Shown: positions 1 to 12,685 of the stretch, piece by piece | Numbering within the stretch: position 1 is the stretch's first letter | How the letters are laid out: each line of letters starts with the position of its first letter | DNA from: Adineta vaga | Lineage: Eukaryota > Animalia > Rotifera | NCBI GenBank assembly: GCA_021613535.1 | Contig: CP075493.1 | Coordinates: forward strand, 11,098,001-11,162,000 | Reading direction: 5' to 3' | Length of the DNA stretch: 64,000 nt | Notes under the pieces: model-generated | Seen by the model: the letters and a program-made list of their open reading frames with translations, nothing else | Databases searched by the model: none | What the model was told of the DNA's origin: nothing | Program-made: the position numbers and the translations under genes

Positions 1-23
1 TCGTTTAGTCAAGAACAAAGAAT

Positions 24-1454
24 ATGATACAACATCGTTTCTATTATTGCTTTTTAATTCTTTTTGTCAGGTAATTATATTGGTTGAAATTTACTGTTTG
101 ATCTTCAAAAAGAATTTTCGTTTTTAGTGTATCAGGTAATTAGTATTTTGACTACTATCGATTGATTTACATCTCTCATAGTTCAAACCGATCCTCAAAC
201 ATGTCATGGATTACCTCAATATGATACATGTTCAACAAATCATACGTGTGTTTGTTTTCATTCAATTGCTTCGAATGATAGTGGTATTTGTGCTTTTCGA
301 TGGGTAACTTGTTCTGAACTTGTTTCATGCGCATTAAATACGTATGCATGTTATGAACCTAATCATGTTTGTGTTCAACATCCTGACTGTCATAACCAAC
401 CATTGTGTTATCCATTATCAATGGCAACGAATCAACTATGTCCATCCAATCTTTCAACAGTAACTCCAAGTAAAGATAACCTTTCTCTAAATATACACCA
501 TATGAAATTTTTATTTTAGCTTCAACTTTATCATCAGGATCGGAAAGTGATATTTGTATAACAGCGACATGGTCTAAGCAAGGTATTACAGTTGCTGGTG
601 GAAAAGGTTTTGGACATAGTTTGGATCAATTAGCAGATCCTTATGGCATATTTCTTGATGATAATGATACAATTTATATTGCAGATCGTTCTAATCATCG
701 TATTGTGAAATGGGAATAAGGTGCTACAATTGGTCAATGGCTTGCTGGGGTAAAAACGGAAGATTCTACTCGTAATATACCTTTAAATATGCCACAAGAT
801 CTTGTTGTTGATAAAAATGGAACAATGTATATAAGTGATGGTGGAAACTATCGTGTTGTTCGGTGGCATCGAGATGCGCAAGAAGGAGAAGTTATTATTA
901 GTCATATTCAAGCTGTTGGTATAGGACATGATAATCAAGGATCGATTTATGTCTCAGAATATGCTGATGGTCGAATAACAAAGTGGAATCTGAATGATAA
1001 TGGTGATGAGTTAGTTGGACAAGTGATAATCACAAAATTACGACAATCAAATTTTATATACGTTGATCGAAATCAATCGATCTATTCAGTGGGTTATATG
1101 GCACATCGAATAGTTAAAATAACTGAAGGAATCGACGAACCTGTCATTGTTGCAGGCCAATCTGATCATTCAGGTAATGGTTTAGATCAACTCGCCTTTC
1201 CAACAGGAGTTTTTGTCGATCAACAAGGTACTATTTATGTAGCAGATACTGGCAATCACCGAATAATGCGTTGGTTAAAAGGAGCAACATCAGGTAGCTT
1301 AATTGTTGGCGGACATGGTTCTGGTTCTGGATCAGATCAACTAGCTCATCCTTCCGATTTATTTCTTGATCGATATGGAAATCTTTATGTTACTGATACG
1401 CTCAATAATCGTGTACAAAAATTTCTTATTGATAAAAGTTCTTGTTCGACTTAA
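24..1454 (+). CDS. Secreted NHL-repeat (beta-propeller) protein with N-terminal Cys-rich domain; exons 24-70, 128-135, 182-469, 520-1454
   Basis: Hand-spliced GT-AG joins give one open frame: signal peptide MIQHRFYYCFLILFVSVSV, a Cys-rich module (TCHGLPQYDTCSTNHTCVC...LCYPLSMATNQLCP), then NHL repeats (WSKQGITVAGG, LAFPTGVFVDQQGTIYVADTGNHRI, GNLYVTDTLNNRVQKF). Confidence 0.88.
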
Positions 1455-2492
1455 TTATATATCTATGCTTATTTAAAATCAAATCTTTTAATTATCACGA
1501 TAAATATATATATATATCATGATCAAACAATTTCATCAAATATTGTTATTCGATTTGTAATTCATACAGATTGAAATCAATCTGATCATATGATTATAAG
1601 AGTTTAATTCTAATATTTCTACGTTTAATGTTAATATTAATAACTGAAAAATCTGACTAAAACATGTACAACTTAAAATTGTTAACTGTTTTGAGGGAAG
1701 AATTCGATTGAATCTTGTGTAGTTAAATCTAATGCTTTGACACAATGAAAATAATGTTTGATGATTTATTTATACTAACGAAGATGACGATCATTAATTT
1801 TAATTGAAATGTGTTTTAAATATTCTAATGTCTCTTGAATTATATACACATAGTAAAATCCAACAAGACAATCCATGATTAATTAATATAATTCTGGAAG
1901 ACGAACAAATAAATCAGATAATGAAACGAGTAATAAAATGTGTGTGTTGATTAGTTAGGATTTAATTCAGTCAAATGAATTGGCCTTCGTTATTGAACAT
2001 AATTTTAATTTTGATAAACGAAAAATAATATATCAGACGAACAATCAGATGTGATCTGTAAGTCCATTATTTATTTTTATATATCGAAATAAAATACAAT
2101 GCTGTTAAAATATCTGAATCGATTCTCCAATTTTTTTTATCACCAATTATATCAAAAGGTTACAAATGACTCATATATTGTATGTTTTTGTCATTATGTT
2201 GTAAATAATAATATGTCAGTTGTTGGAAAGGAAAAACAACTGTTGAAATATAAAATTATTTTAAAACTAGATGTTTCCATTTTTTATATACGTAAATATA
2301 AATAAAGAATGCAATGCATAAATCTTTTAAAACTTTGGTGATTTGCACTGTAGTTTTCTTAAGATAAAAATGTCATTAATAACGTCTACAATGACCTATA
2401 TAGCCTACAGTTGCTTTTTGTATAATATATAAGTAGCTAAGAGAAGAAAAGCTCTTTTCTTCTTTTACTGACATTTATTCAAAAAGACATTC

Positions 2493-3602
2493 ATGAGTCT
2501 TGCGAATCAACTTGCATTATTACAGAATCAAATTATATCCTATTATTTACCATGCGTTTATACTCTAGGTATGATAGGCAATACTATCAATATCTTTGTT
2601 TTTAGTGAAAAACAACTTCGTACTAATATATGTTCTTGGTATTTCATTTGTACTTCGTTATCTCAATTACTTCTACTCAATTCGGCATGTTTGGCACGAA
2701 TTGTTGCTGTCATATCTGGCTATGATATATCTCGATATGTTCTCAGTTTGTGCAAGTTTCGTGCATATCTGTACATTATTAGCTTAATTCTTTCACGACA
2801 TTTTCTCTGCTTAATTTCATTTGATCGATGGTTAGTTACTTCAGCCAGTGTATGGCGACGTCGACTTAGTTCATCTCGTCCAGCTCGTTGGATTATCAGT
2901 TTCAGTATTTTATTTTGGACAATATTCAGTATTCATGCTCTCATCGGCTATCAAGGACAAGCAAATGGATGTTCACCAACTGCTGGCACATTCTATGATC
3001 TGTTCTATTCAATGTACAGTATTGTCACTGCGATCTCACCTATGGTAAGTATAATATTGATTTATGTCATTTCATAACGAATTCTTTTAAGGTAATCATG
3101 AGTGTTTTCAGTATCCTCACAATAATGAATGTTCGTATGAGTGTTCGGCAAGTTCAACCAATTATTCAAAATCAACTCGTTATACAACTAAATGAACTGT
3201 TATCATTACAGACTAATGACATAACAAAAGTTCGACGTCGACGTGATAGACAATTAATTCGATTGGCTTTTGTACAAGTTGTTTCATATATAATTTTAAA
3301 TATTACAACATCGATTTATCCTTTGTATTTTTATCTGAAAAGATCACAAATTAGCATTAATCAAGATGAACAAGCTATTAGTAATTTTATCAGTTCAATC
3401 GGTTTAATACTTCTCTATACATTTTCAGCTGTAAGTATCTATATTTGTACATAGAAGTACAGAAAATCGATGAAAATTTCTCCATTTTTAGGCCACTTTT
3501 TTTCTCTATACAATAGCGTCAACCGTATTCCGTCAAGAATGTGTCATTGCATTTAAACAACGATGGATGAAAATGAAAAGACTTTTTGAATATTTTACTT
3601 GA
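2493..3602 (+). CDS. Orphan class A (rhodopsin-like) GPCR; exons 2493-3044, 3092-3430, 3492-3602
   Basis: Seven hydrophobic segments, GN in TM1 (GMIGNTINIFVF), C-K-x-R at TM3 start, SFDRW (DRY-like), FFLYT...FR tail; splice joins keep frame. Confidence 0.88.
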
Positions 3603-4283
3603 TAACTTTTCATATATTTAATCTTCTATTTTGTTTTTAAGTCTAATTTTAAATAAATATTCTATACGTATTCGCGAACGTTTTATGATTTAAATTGCTT
3701 ATATCAGTCAAGTCTTCTCGAGCAAAATTTCCGGTACCCGTTAACACTAAATAAATGAATGAAGTCGAGTAATGTTGACAGTAGATTAATAAAAGAACAT
3801 TGACGTATACGTTGAAAAATTATAAAGACATGGTTTTATTAAATTCTTGAGTGCAGTAAAAACGGCGACTGCTTTTGCGTACGCTTCAAGATACATAGTC
3901 TCTATTCATTGTTTTATCAGATATGGTAAAAATAAATGCAAAACAACTTTAATAAGTATATGCTTCGTTTTTACATTGGCTACACTATGTATTTACTGAT
4001 TAACTGAAGGATATAGACTTATAGGTTTGATCATAAATATAATTTCAAAGTGAATCAATTTCCAGAACATTCATTCGAGGTTCTTTCGTATCCTTCCATT
4101 ACGTATGGTATTCGATACATACTAGACTATATACTATTTAAGCACTCCAACTTACTTTAAAGTACTGAAATATCCTGTATATATCGTTTACATTTCTAAA
4201 CGTTTGAAAATTAACTTTAGTCCGCGGTTTCGCATTTATTTATGTGATTTTCAATATTAATTAAATTTTTGAAAAAATTATAT

Positions 4284-5780
4284 TTATCTATCAACAATAC
4301 GTATAGTTCGTAGTGATAGATCTTCCATACCGACAATAGAACTTCCTTTTTCAATCAAATGATGTATATAATCGAGATGACGTTGTTCCATTACCTCACC
4401 GGGAACCAATAGTGGAATACCTGGCGGATATGGAATAATATTCTCAGCCAATATATGTTCTACTGCATCACATAATGGTATCGTACGTGTTTTTGTTGCA
4501 AAATACGCATCACGTACACTGATTACTGACTTTGGTAGACCATTAGGTGGTTTAATAGAAGCATTATTAGAATCAGTGGTTTCAAACTTTTCTTTTGCTA
4601 GATTACGTAGAGCATCAAGTAGTTTATTTACTGTTGACTCTGTATCAGCCACTGTAATTGAACAAATGATATGTTTAAGATCAGCAAATTCGACTTCAAT
4701 GTCATATTGATTTCTAAGAAGAGAGCTAGCTTTGAATCCACTAAGACCTGTATTAGATACACGAATAATAAGTTTACTTGGATCGTAAGCAAAAATATTA
4801 TTGACACCAATTAATTCATCACCATAACACCAAAGATCATCCATTTGTCGAATCATAGTACGTGCATTTTGTGCAAGAACAATAACTGTAGAAAGACGCA
4901 TACGACCTTCGGTAGCCATTTGCATACGAGTGGCATCCAGTGAAGCCAATAAAATTGAACTAGGTGATGAACTCTGTAAAAGTGATAGTACTTGACCTAT
5001 ACGTGCTCGATTGACGAAACCATTGTCATTGACATGTAACATTGCTGATTGTGTAAGAGAACCCTGTGTTTTATGTGTACTCTGAACGATAATATCCGCT
5101 TTTAAAGCTACGGCTGATTGAGGTAAATCAGAATGAAAACCAAGATGTGAACCATGAGCTTCATCAACGAGAAGTGCAACACCATGTGTATGAGCCAGAT
5201 GACAGATAGCTGCTGTATCAGATAAAACACCATAGTAATTCGGAGAAGTTAAATGAATTGCAACGACATCCGAGTGTTGTTGTAGAAGATGTTTAATTGT
5301 TTCCACATTCACTGCCAACGGAAATTCAATATCAGGATGATACTCAGGTTCAATATAAACGGGTATGGCACCAGAAATCACCAGAGCACCATAGACAGAT
5401 CGATGGGAAGCACGCGACATGATGATCTTTTGATGAGGACCAGCTACACCCATTATTGCAGCCATATTACCGGCTGTTGAACCATTAATCAGAAAAAAAG
5501 TATGATCAGCACCATAAGCAGCAGCGGCAAGTTGTTGAGCTTCAAGTAATGCTCCTTTTAGTGAATGCAAATAATCAATTTTTGGATTCATTTCCACTAG
5601 ATCTGCTGGATGTAAATCAGCACCAAAAAATTCTTGCAATAATGGATGAGGTGATTTAGTTCCTTTATGACCAGGCATATGAAATGATGTTGGTTGACTT
5701 GTTTTTTCAATTATTAAAATTTCTAGAAATGGTATACGTGTCTGATCACATTGAACTGTAGAATTTGTCGTCATTTTCAT
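4284..5780 (-). CDS. PLP-dependent Orn/Lys/Arg decarboxylase, fold type I, wingless bacterial type (SpeA/YaaO-like); intronless; probable HGT
   Basis: Motifs FHMPGHKG, NGSTAGN, HRSVY, LVDEAHG, QSTHKT (PLP lysine), SSPS, PYPPGIPLLVPGE; first ATG at 5780 (alternative 5774). Confidence 0.92.
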   Translation of the reverse strand: MKMTTNSTVQCDQTRIPFLEILIIEKTSQPTSFHMPGHKGTKSPHPLLQEFFGADLHPADLVEMNPKIDYLHSLKGALLEAQQLAAAAYGADHTFFLINGSTAGNMAAIMGVAGPHQKIIMSRASHRSVYGALVISGAIPVYIEPEYHPDIEFPLAVNVETIKHLLQQHSDVVAIHLTSPNYYGVLSDTAAICHLAHTHGVALLVDEAHGSHLGFHSDLPQSAVALKADIIVQSTHKTQGSLTQSAMLHVNDNGFVNRARIGQVLSLLQSSSPSSILLASLDATRMQMATEGRMRLSTVIVLAQNARTMIRQMDDLWCYGDELIGVNNIFAYDPSKLIIRVSNTGLSGFKASSLLRNQYDIEVEFADLKHIICSITVADTESTVNKLLDALRNLAKEKFETTDSNNASIKPPNGLPKSVISVRDAYFATKTRTIPLCDAVEHILAENIIPYPPGIPLLVPGEVMEQRHLDYIHHLIEKGSSIVGMEDLSLRTIRIVDR

Positions 5781-6575
5781 ACAAGAATGCAAACGATAGT
5801 CAAACGACGCACGATATTTCAAATTCTGTCTTTTTTATCTTTCCTTTTTTATCTTATTTTACTCATTCTTTTGGAGTATAATTGTTGATAAATTCACAAT
5901 CAGAGAAAGCCATTTTTGCAGATATAAATTGTTCTTTATTCTCTCAATTACATTTCTGTATATCACTCGCACTATATGAAATACTGAGAGTGCAAATTTT
6001 TTTCTGTTTATACATCGTTTTTTCTACTTTTGTTTTTGATGTGAAGTTCTTTTTTTCTTTCTCTCGTTCCTTTCCATAAAAGTCCATATTTTGCTCTAAC
6101 ATACTATGTGTATATTACTGCTCTTTCTCTTCTTGTTTATCGTTACTATGGCCGACTTTTTTCTCCTCTGTTCGAATAAGTTTTATTAGTATACAGCCGA
6201 AAATAAAATAGCATGTTTAGTTCTTTGGTCATGTACATGTATTTATTTGATTTAGATAAAACTCAGAGTATAAAGTATCGCTTAATATATAGTAACTGTA
6301 TAGAATAGAATCAAATACCTGTAACTACCAGTAGCACTTTGTTCCAATCAAAACGAAAACTTTATTTATATGCATACGGTATAAAAAAAGGTATAGAGGT
6401 CGTCTTTGCTCAATATTTTTTTTATTGGTTGTTCTTTCTTTTTTTTATAACGTATATAAGCTTTTTATAGTTATTTTCTTCTTTGAGATATATCCTTAAC
6501 ATCAGTTTCCTGTGCATAAAAACACTCGAAGAAAACATAAAGAATTTGTATTGATTCTATTCTAGATTGTTAATC

Positions 6576-7457
6576 ATGAACAAAGTAGAAACGTGGGATT
6601 TTTGTGCACCAGAGTACGAAATTCTTGCTCAACCAGTGACAGGTCCATGTATCGTCAAATTGCTTGAACAAGTTTCTATTTTACCTGTTACTACGGATAC
6701 TGTTCAAACAATTAAAGTGATTGACGTTGCTGCTGGACCTGGAATTTTAAGTACATTGCTTGGGGAAGCCTACTCTCAAGCAGCACTTTTGGAGAAAGTG
6801 ACAATTCTATCAACTGATTTTTCACCGAATATGGTAGAACTTGCTGAGCGTTGCTTTGCTTTTCGCAATTGGCCCTTATCACAATTCTCTGCTCGTACTC
6901 TCGATGCTATGAATCTTGTTGATATTCCATCCGACCATTATACACACGCCTTCTGCACATTTGGTATTATGATGGTACCGAACGCTTCGAAAGCTCTTAG
7001 CGAGATGTTTCGTGTTCTTCAACCGTCCGGAACAATCGGTATAACGACATGGGAAAAAGTTGGTTGGATGCCTATTGTAACAGAATGTCTCGCACGAGCA
7101 AAAATGTCATCGAATAAAGAAGAGAATCCTGCTTTACCTCCTTCGGTTCTTCGTAATTGGTCTGACACATCTTATGTTCGAAAAATGCTTGAAGATGCTG
7201 GTTTTGTGAATGTACAAGTAAATATCTTTGAATCTCGATGGTCATTTGTGAATCATGATGAATGTGTTAAACAAATTACAGAAGCTCGCTGGATTACTCC
7301 ATTTCTCAAAGATGCCAATATGACAGATGAGCAAAGAGATAAATATAACAAAGTGGCATATGAAGTATTATTAGATATGGTTAACAAGAAACCCAACGAA
7401 GCATTCGACATACCAATGATTGCTATCATTGCTCATGGACAAAAACCGATGAATTGA
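6576..7457 (+). CDS. Class I SAM-dependent methyltransferase (UbiE/Methyltransf_11/25-like, small-molecule type)
   Basis: Motif I VIDVAAGPG, TDFSPNMV, LDAMNL, FGIMMVP..KALSEMFRVLQPSGTIGITTW; ATG at 6576 preceded by a 3' splice acceptor ending at 6565. Confidence 0.88.
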   Translation: MNKVETWDFCAPEYEILAQPVTGPCIVKLLEQVSILPVTTDTVQTIKVIDVAAGPGILSTLLGEAYSQAALLEKVTILSTDFSPNMVELAERCFAFRNWPLSQFSARTLDAMNLVDIPSDHYTHAFCTFGIMMVPNASKALSEMFRVLQPSGTIGITTWEKVGWMPIVTECLARAKMSSNKEENPALPPSVLRNWSDTSYVRKMLEDAGFVNVQVNIFESRWSFVNHDECVKQITEARWITPFLKDANMTDEQRDKYNKVAYEVLLDMVNKKPNEAFDIPMIAIIAHGQKPMN

Positions 7458-7867
7458 CATTTTTGTATATGGAAAAATTGATGTAGCGATAGATATTTAC
7501 TTTAGAAACTTGTAATAAGTTGAGTGAAATAATTAGACAATAAATAATTTAAATACAATTTAGTTTTCCATTTATCAGTGTACTAGAAACTAAGCTTAAA
7601 TATAAATTCATAGAGGTGAATATGAAATTTAAACAGAGCAACTGAATCACCCAAATCATCTGGGATCAATCGAAATTTAACTATCCACATGTATCCATGA
7701 CATGTTTGTTCAAAGATTTATAATTTTTGTTTTATATAATGATCTATTCAGAATATTTATCAATATGTATTTTCTTTATTGTACAACAACTAAAGCTTAT
7801 TCACAAGTAAGATTACATGAAGCTAACTTTACAAGATTGAATTGTGTGATGCGATATTTTATCTATA

Positions 7868-10130
7868 CTAGGCTGTTGTGTCAGTTGTCTTCGATAGTTC
7901 TGATGGTTTATTCACATAAACAAATCGTTGAATAACAGGATGTTTGCGATTTTGTGTTCGTTTCTCTCGTCGATATCGTTCTAAATCATCACGCACTGGA
8001 TCAATACCAAAACAATATTTCAATATATCCATTATTATGATAAATAGGATAAAACTTATGATGATAAGAATTGAAACATAAGACAATGATTTGGAAAGAA
8101 TTTTAATGATACGAATTTTCGCTGTAACGATCTCACAATCGCGACCCGAATAACTCGTACCAAAACATTCACATTTATAACCAAGTAACAATGGTCGACA
8201 AACACCATTTTTCGAACATGTAATTTTATCTCTCTCACAATAATTTATCATTGATTCACAATGAACACCTTGCCATCCATTTGAACATATGCAACTTAAT
8301 GGAGCGTCTCGTGAATCATTACACATACCTATTAAAAAAAAGAAAAGAGCAGAATTTATAGGACATCTTATTTCTATGGAGTGCAACACAAAATTATTTA
8401 CCATTATTTAGACAAATATAGGATGCACAACGTCGAAGATTTACTTCACAATGAACACCACTGCAACCACGTGGACATACACAAATATACCCATCAGGTA
8501 TAGTGTTATTGTTAGTACAACTACTATTGTTTTCACATGGATTCTTCGTTCTACATGGTTCGTTCGAAATATTACAATAAGTACCAATGTATGATGAATT
8601 GTCGCAGTTTTTAGGAACGAAAGGTACTTTCGAGTCTTTTTCTTAAGTAAATAATAGGTAAACAATTCAAAAAAAAGATATCATCAATGAACTAACTTGG
8701 AATAGTGGTAGTTGATAATGTTGTTGAGATGAATAAGCTAATCATTGAAGTTAGTTCTAATTGGAAAAAGGACTGTTTTCTTATCATTTATGCAGCAAAG
8801 TCAGCAGTCAGTTACTTCATACATATCGAGAACAAACAAAATTTGAATGGTTTATTTTCAATACTTCCTCATTACGGTTTAATCATAATCGGCTGATCCT
8901 ATCAACTCTACTACAGAATAGCGCTCTATCTATTATTTGTATTAGGGAAACAGAATTATTGTAATCCAAATACGAACCTTTTACAGATGGTATATTTGTA
9001 CTGGTAATGTGAGAGATATATGTCGACAGAGCAGTTGTTGAATCCTGTTCTACAAAAAATGAAAAATTGAGTTTTAGATGTTAATAATAAAAAATGAGAA
9101 TGGAGGAAAATCTGTTAATACTCGTAGTTGTTGTTACTATTTTCGATATTGTATGCATTGTCGTAGGAAATACTCGTTCGTCCGTTGTTGAAGATATTGA
9201 TGATGATACTGTTGTCGATGTGAGCTGTACTGTGGTTGTTAACGTTGGTTCTGCTGTTGTTATTTGCCCTGCTATCGTAGATATACGTTTTTGTGCAGTT
9301 GTAGTTTGACCTTTAGATTTCGAATAAGATTTATGTGAACATGAATGCATGTGCATGAATATGAGTTTATAAGCTGCTTCGCCGGTTTATACTGCTCTGT
9401 CAATAGCTGTTTGATTCAAGTCAAAATGATTGTTGTCTGTGCCTTAATTCTCATTGCTTATGTTTTTTTATATGCGAAAGCTAAGATAATCACTAACCTG
9501 ATGGACAAAATCCAGATGAAAAAATGGAACAGACGCGCAATTCAATATTATCAATGGCTAAATCTCTTCCATGAACACCATGATCTTCGGGAACTATTGA
9601 CAAAACCACTGAACTAGTTGATGCTACAAACGAAAGTATATGTTTCGACCAAGTCATCCAGGTCTTTTCGCACAGATCACCTGTATTCAATTGATTCAGT
9701 ATCTTATTTCTGCCTGCAGCTTCACGAACTTCAAAACGAATATTTGGTTTTGGCGCATTTACTTCTTTCTTCACAATGTTTGCCAAATATGCAGAAAATT
9801 CATATCGTTCTCCAATACAAAGACTATCAACAGTCGACTTGAATAATACACTGTCATCTGTTGTAGCCACATCGATTATCATCATGTATCCATTCCAGTC
9901 AAATAGAGTATAATCTTCTGCATTTATATGCCACATTGAATGGAGATTTGGCACTTTATTTGCCAAAACAAACTGTCCGGTAACTATATTACAATCGAAA
10001 TTCTGTTGATAAGTAGTAGTAAAATTGAAATAAGCGGGTGTTTGTTGAGAGCAATCGGGACTACCGGTACCAAATGTGATCAATCAAACTGAGTTACTAG
10101 TAAGCATAGTAGAGCAGAAATCAGCACATC
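7868..10130 (-). CDS. Multi-exon type I membrane protein: bacterial-like lectin/jelly-roll-type ectodomain, Thr/Ser-rich stalk, about 3 EGF repeats, TM helix, short tail; in-frame TGA at 10084-10086; first exon not located
   Basis: Exon 9497-10130 (ITFGTG...GYMMIIDVA...LCIGERYEFSAYLANI...GRDLAIDNIELRVC); Thr-rich exons about 8700-9350; EGF exons (CRTKNPCENNSSC...YICVCPRGCSGVHCE; CICSNGWQGVHCE; YKCECFGTSYSGRDCE); TM SLSYVSILIIISFILFIIIMDIL. Confidence 0.65.
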
Positions 10131-11686
10131 CTACGAAAAATTATAATCAGAATTAATTATTATCTGAACCGTAAATGTCATATCTGCTAAATCCTTTCAC
10201 ACACACCTGAAAATCTGAGTCTATGAGAGTCACCCTTACTACTTAGATCATATTAATTCGAATTCCTGGTCGCACATCTGGCAGGCAGAATCGCGAGCAA
10301 CAACACTTACATTACATTTTTCATTTGCCCTTCTTTTGTTCTTTATTACACACTCTCGTTTCACAGACGCATTCTGAAGATTTCATGTAATACAATCAAC
10401 TACACACATTTAACTATCGATAATATAAGTGAATATCATATTTGAATGGAAATAGTCATTCTTAGGCAAAAGAGAAATATCACATAAAGTAAAGGTATAA
10501 GCAGAATATGTTCTATTTACCTTTATTGGTAGTAATAGTCAATGTAATGATTGATTCATTCAGAGAGTATCTGGAAGAAGGTGTTGTATATATTTATCTA
10601 GTTGAATTCATGACAATGTGAAAAAATAAAGTTGAACATGTATAGAGACACGTTTCTCCCTATATGTTTTTTTTGTGTACTTAGACATTAGAGAGAAAAA
10701 AGTCGGAAATAAAACATTGATCTCTCTCCTATTAAAAAAACAAGATATATTCTTTATTTGAATATAAATGTTGATGTCAGAGATTTTTATTCATGAATTA
10801 TATATATTGATTTATTTTAAAGTGATTACTGCATATTAGAATGTTAGCTTCAGATTCAATCAAAATCAATATCTTGTCATGATTGGTTGTACCTCTGATT
10901 TTTATAAAACCATACATATATAAAAGTTATTATTGTAGTTAGAGAATACAGTGTGTTCCCGATTAGGAAACAATGTTGTCAAAACTATGTAGGGAAAATG
11001 ATTATAGATTACAGTTACGGTTCAGAATGTATCATAAAACGAATCATGTCGATCTCAGTTTTATTTGTATATAATAAGGACAAGAGATCAATGGACAAGA
11101 TTGTGATGATAACTAAAAATTCGTTTTAAATGTATCAGCATATAATGGATGAGATCTGATGATATAATAAACTAAAAATTATATATTGAAACATTTTTAG
11201 ATGTGACAAAATCGACATTCGATGATTTTCTAAATATACAGAAAACAAATGAGTTTCAATTCATTTCCATACAGTTTTATGAATGATTTCTTCACTTAAC
11301 TATTGTCACTGACCATGGAGATTCATTGAATATCAGAATTAAAAATTTTAATGCTATGTAATCAGATGAATCAGCAAACATTTACTATTCAAGTTTTACC
11401 AAGTATGAGCTAGTTGAAAATCGTAAATGGACTCTTCTGAAGAGGATGACATAACCTTACTGAGTTCTGAAGTAAGTCAATAGGATTGTATATGATCATC
11501 ACTTTATAGTCTTTTTTCGTTTATTATGTCTCACATGTATTTTCCTTTCCCATTTGCTCTTTTATAGGATGAATGAGTCATGCCTTCACACAATATGAGT
11601 TTTATCAGTTTAACTTTCGATAAAAATGAGAGAAAAAAACACATGAAGAAAAGGAGAAAATGGATCTATGTTAGGCATTTGTTTTC

Positions 11687-12685
11687 ATGAGTATGATCGA
11701 CGATAGTGAATATGTGGATTGTGACATACAACGATGGCAAAATATGATGAAAGAAACGTATGCAAATCTTTCTCCGTTTGATCCAACATCAATTGATGAT
11801 CTTCGACGGGTAACTGCAATTGTTCGTGCACCATGGACTGAAGGTGGGCCATCAATGACACGTATCGAAGAAAAATTTGTTGGTGATTTTAAAACTCGTA
11901 TTCGTATATATTATCCTATCGATGGTAAGATTTGTCCAGCACTCCTCTATATTCATGGAGGTGGTTACACTATCTTCAGTCTTGATACACACGATCGATT
12001 AATGCGAGAATATGCGGGTCGAGCCAAAGTAGTCGTCATTGGTGTAGATTATAGTCTATCACCAGAAGTAAAATATCCACGAGCGATCAACGAAATTGTA
12101 TCCATTGTTCAATGGTTGAGAAAACAGAATTCATTAGAATTAGGTATTGATTTGAATCGAATAGCTATTGGTGGTGATTCTGCTGGTGCAAATCTTACTA
12201 TTGCAACAAATCTACAGTTACGCATATTGAATCAACCAGTTGTAAACGCCCAATTACTTAATTATGGAGTTTATGATCGTGTTAGACCTCAATCGAATTC
12301 ATATATCCGTTATGAGGGTCCTAAATATCGATTAAATGCTGATGAGATGAAATTTTTTCAAAATAATTATATTCGAAATGAGGAAGATTTCGATGATCCG
12401 CTTGTGTGTCCTCTTCATGCTGATCTCCATGGTCTACCGCCAAGCTTTCTTACTATTGCAGAATGTGATATACTGGCTGATGAAAATCGAGCTATGGCCG
12501 AAGCATTACGTAAAGCCGATGTTGAAGTTGAAGAACATGTGTATCATGGAGTTACGCATAGTTTTCTTGAAGCTGTCCGTATTGCAAAAATCAGTAATAG
12601 AGCTTTGGATGATGCTTCTGCTTGGCTCATGAAGCAACTGTATCAATCAAACGAACGATATAGTTCAAAAATTGAAAAAGATTGA
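11687..12685 (+). CDS. Alpha/beta hydrolase, hormone-sensitive lipase (HSL) family, acetyl esterase Aes-like; intronless; probable HGT
   Basis: HGGG oxyanion motif, VDYSLSPE, GDSAG nucleophile elbow, AECDIL (Asp), GVTHSF (His). Confidence 0.92.
   Translation: MSMIDDSEYVDCDIQRWQNMMKETYANLSPFDPTSIDDLRRVTAIVRAPWTEGGPSMTRIEEKFVGDFKTRIRIYYPIDGKICPALLYIHGGGYTIFSLDTHDRLMREYAGRAKVVVIGVDYSLSPEVKYPRAINEIVSIVQWLRKQNSLELGIDLNRIAIGGDSAGANLTIATNLQLRILNQPVVNAQLLNYGVYDRVRPQSNSYIRYEGPKYRLNADEMKFFQNNYIRNEEDFDDPLVCPLHADLHGLPPSFLTIAECDILADENRAMAEALRKADVEVEEHVYHGVTHSFLEAVRIAKISNRALDDASAWLMKQLYQSNERYSSKIEKD

Noticed and set aside
4284-12685. Bacterial contamination as the source of the intronless enzymes
   Set aside because: They are interleaved with intron-containing animal genes, have host-like AT-rich codons and downstream AATAAA signals, and show no operon structure
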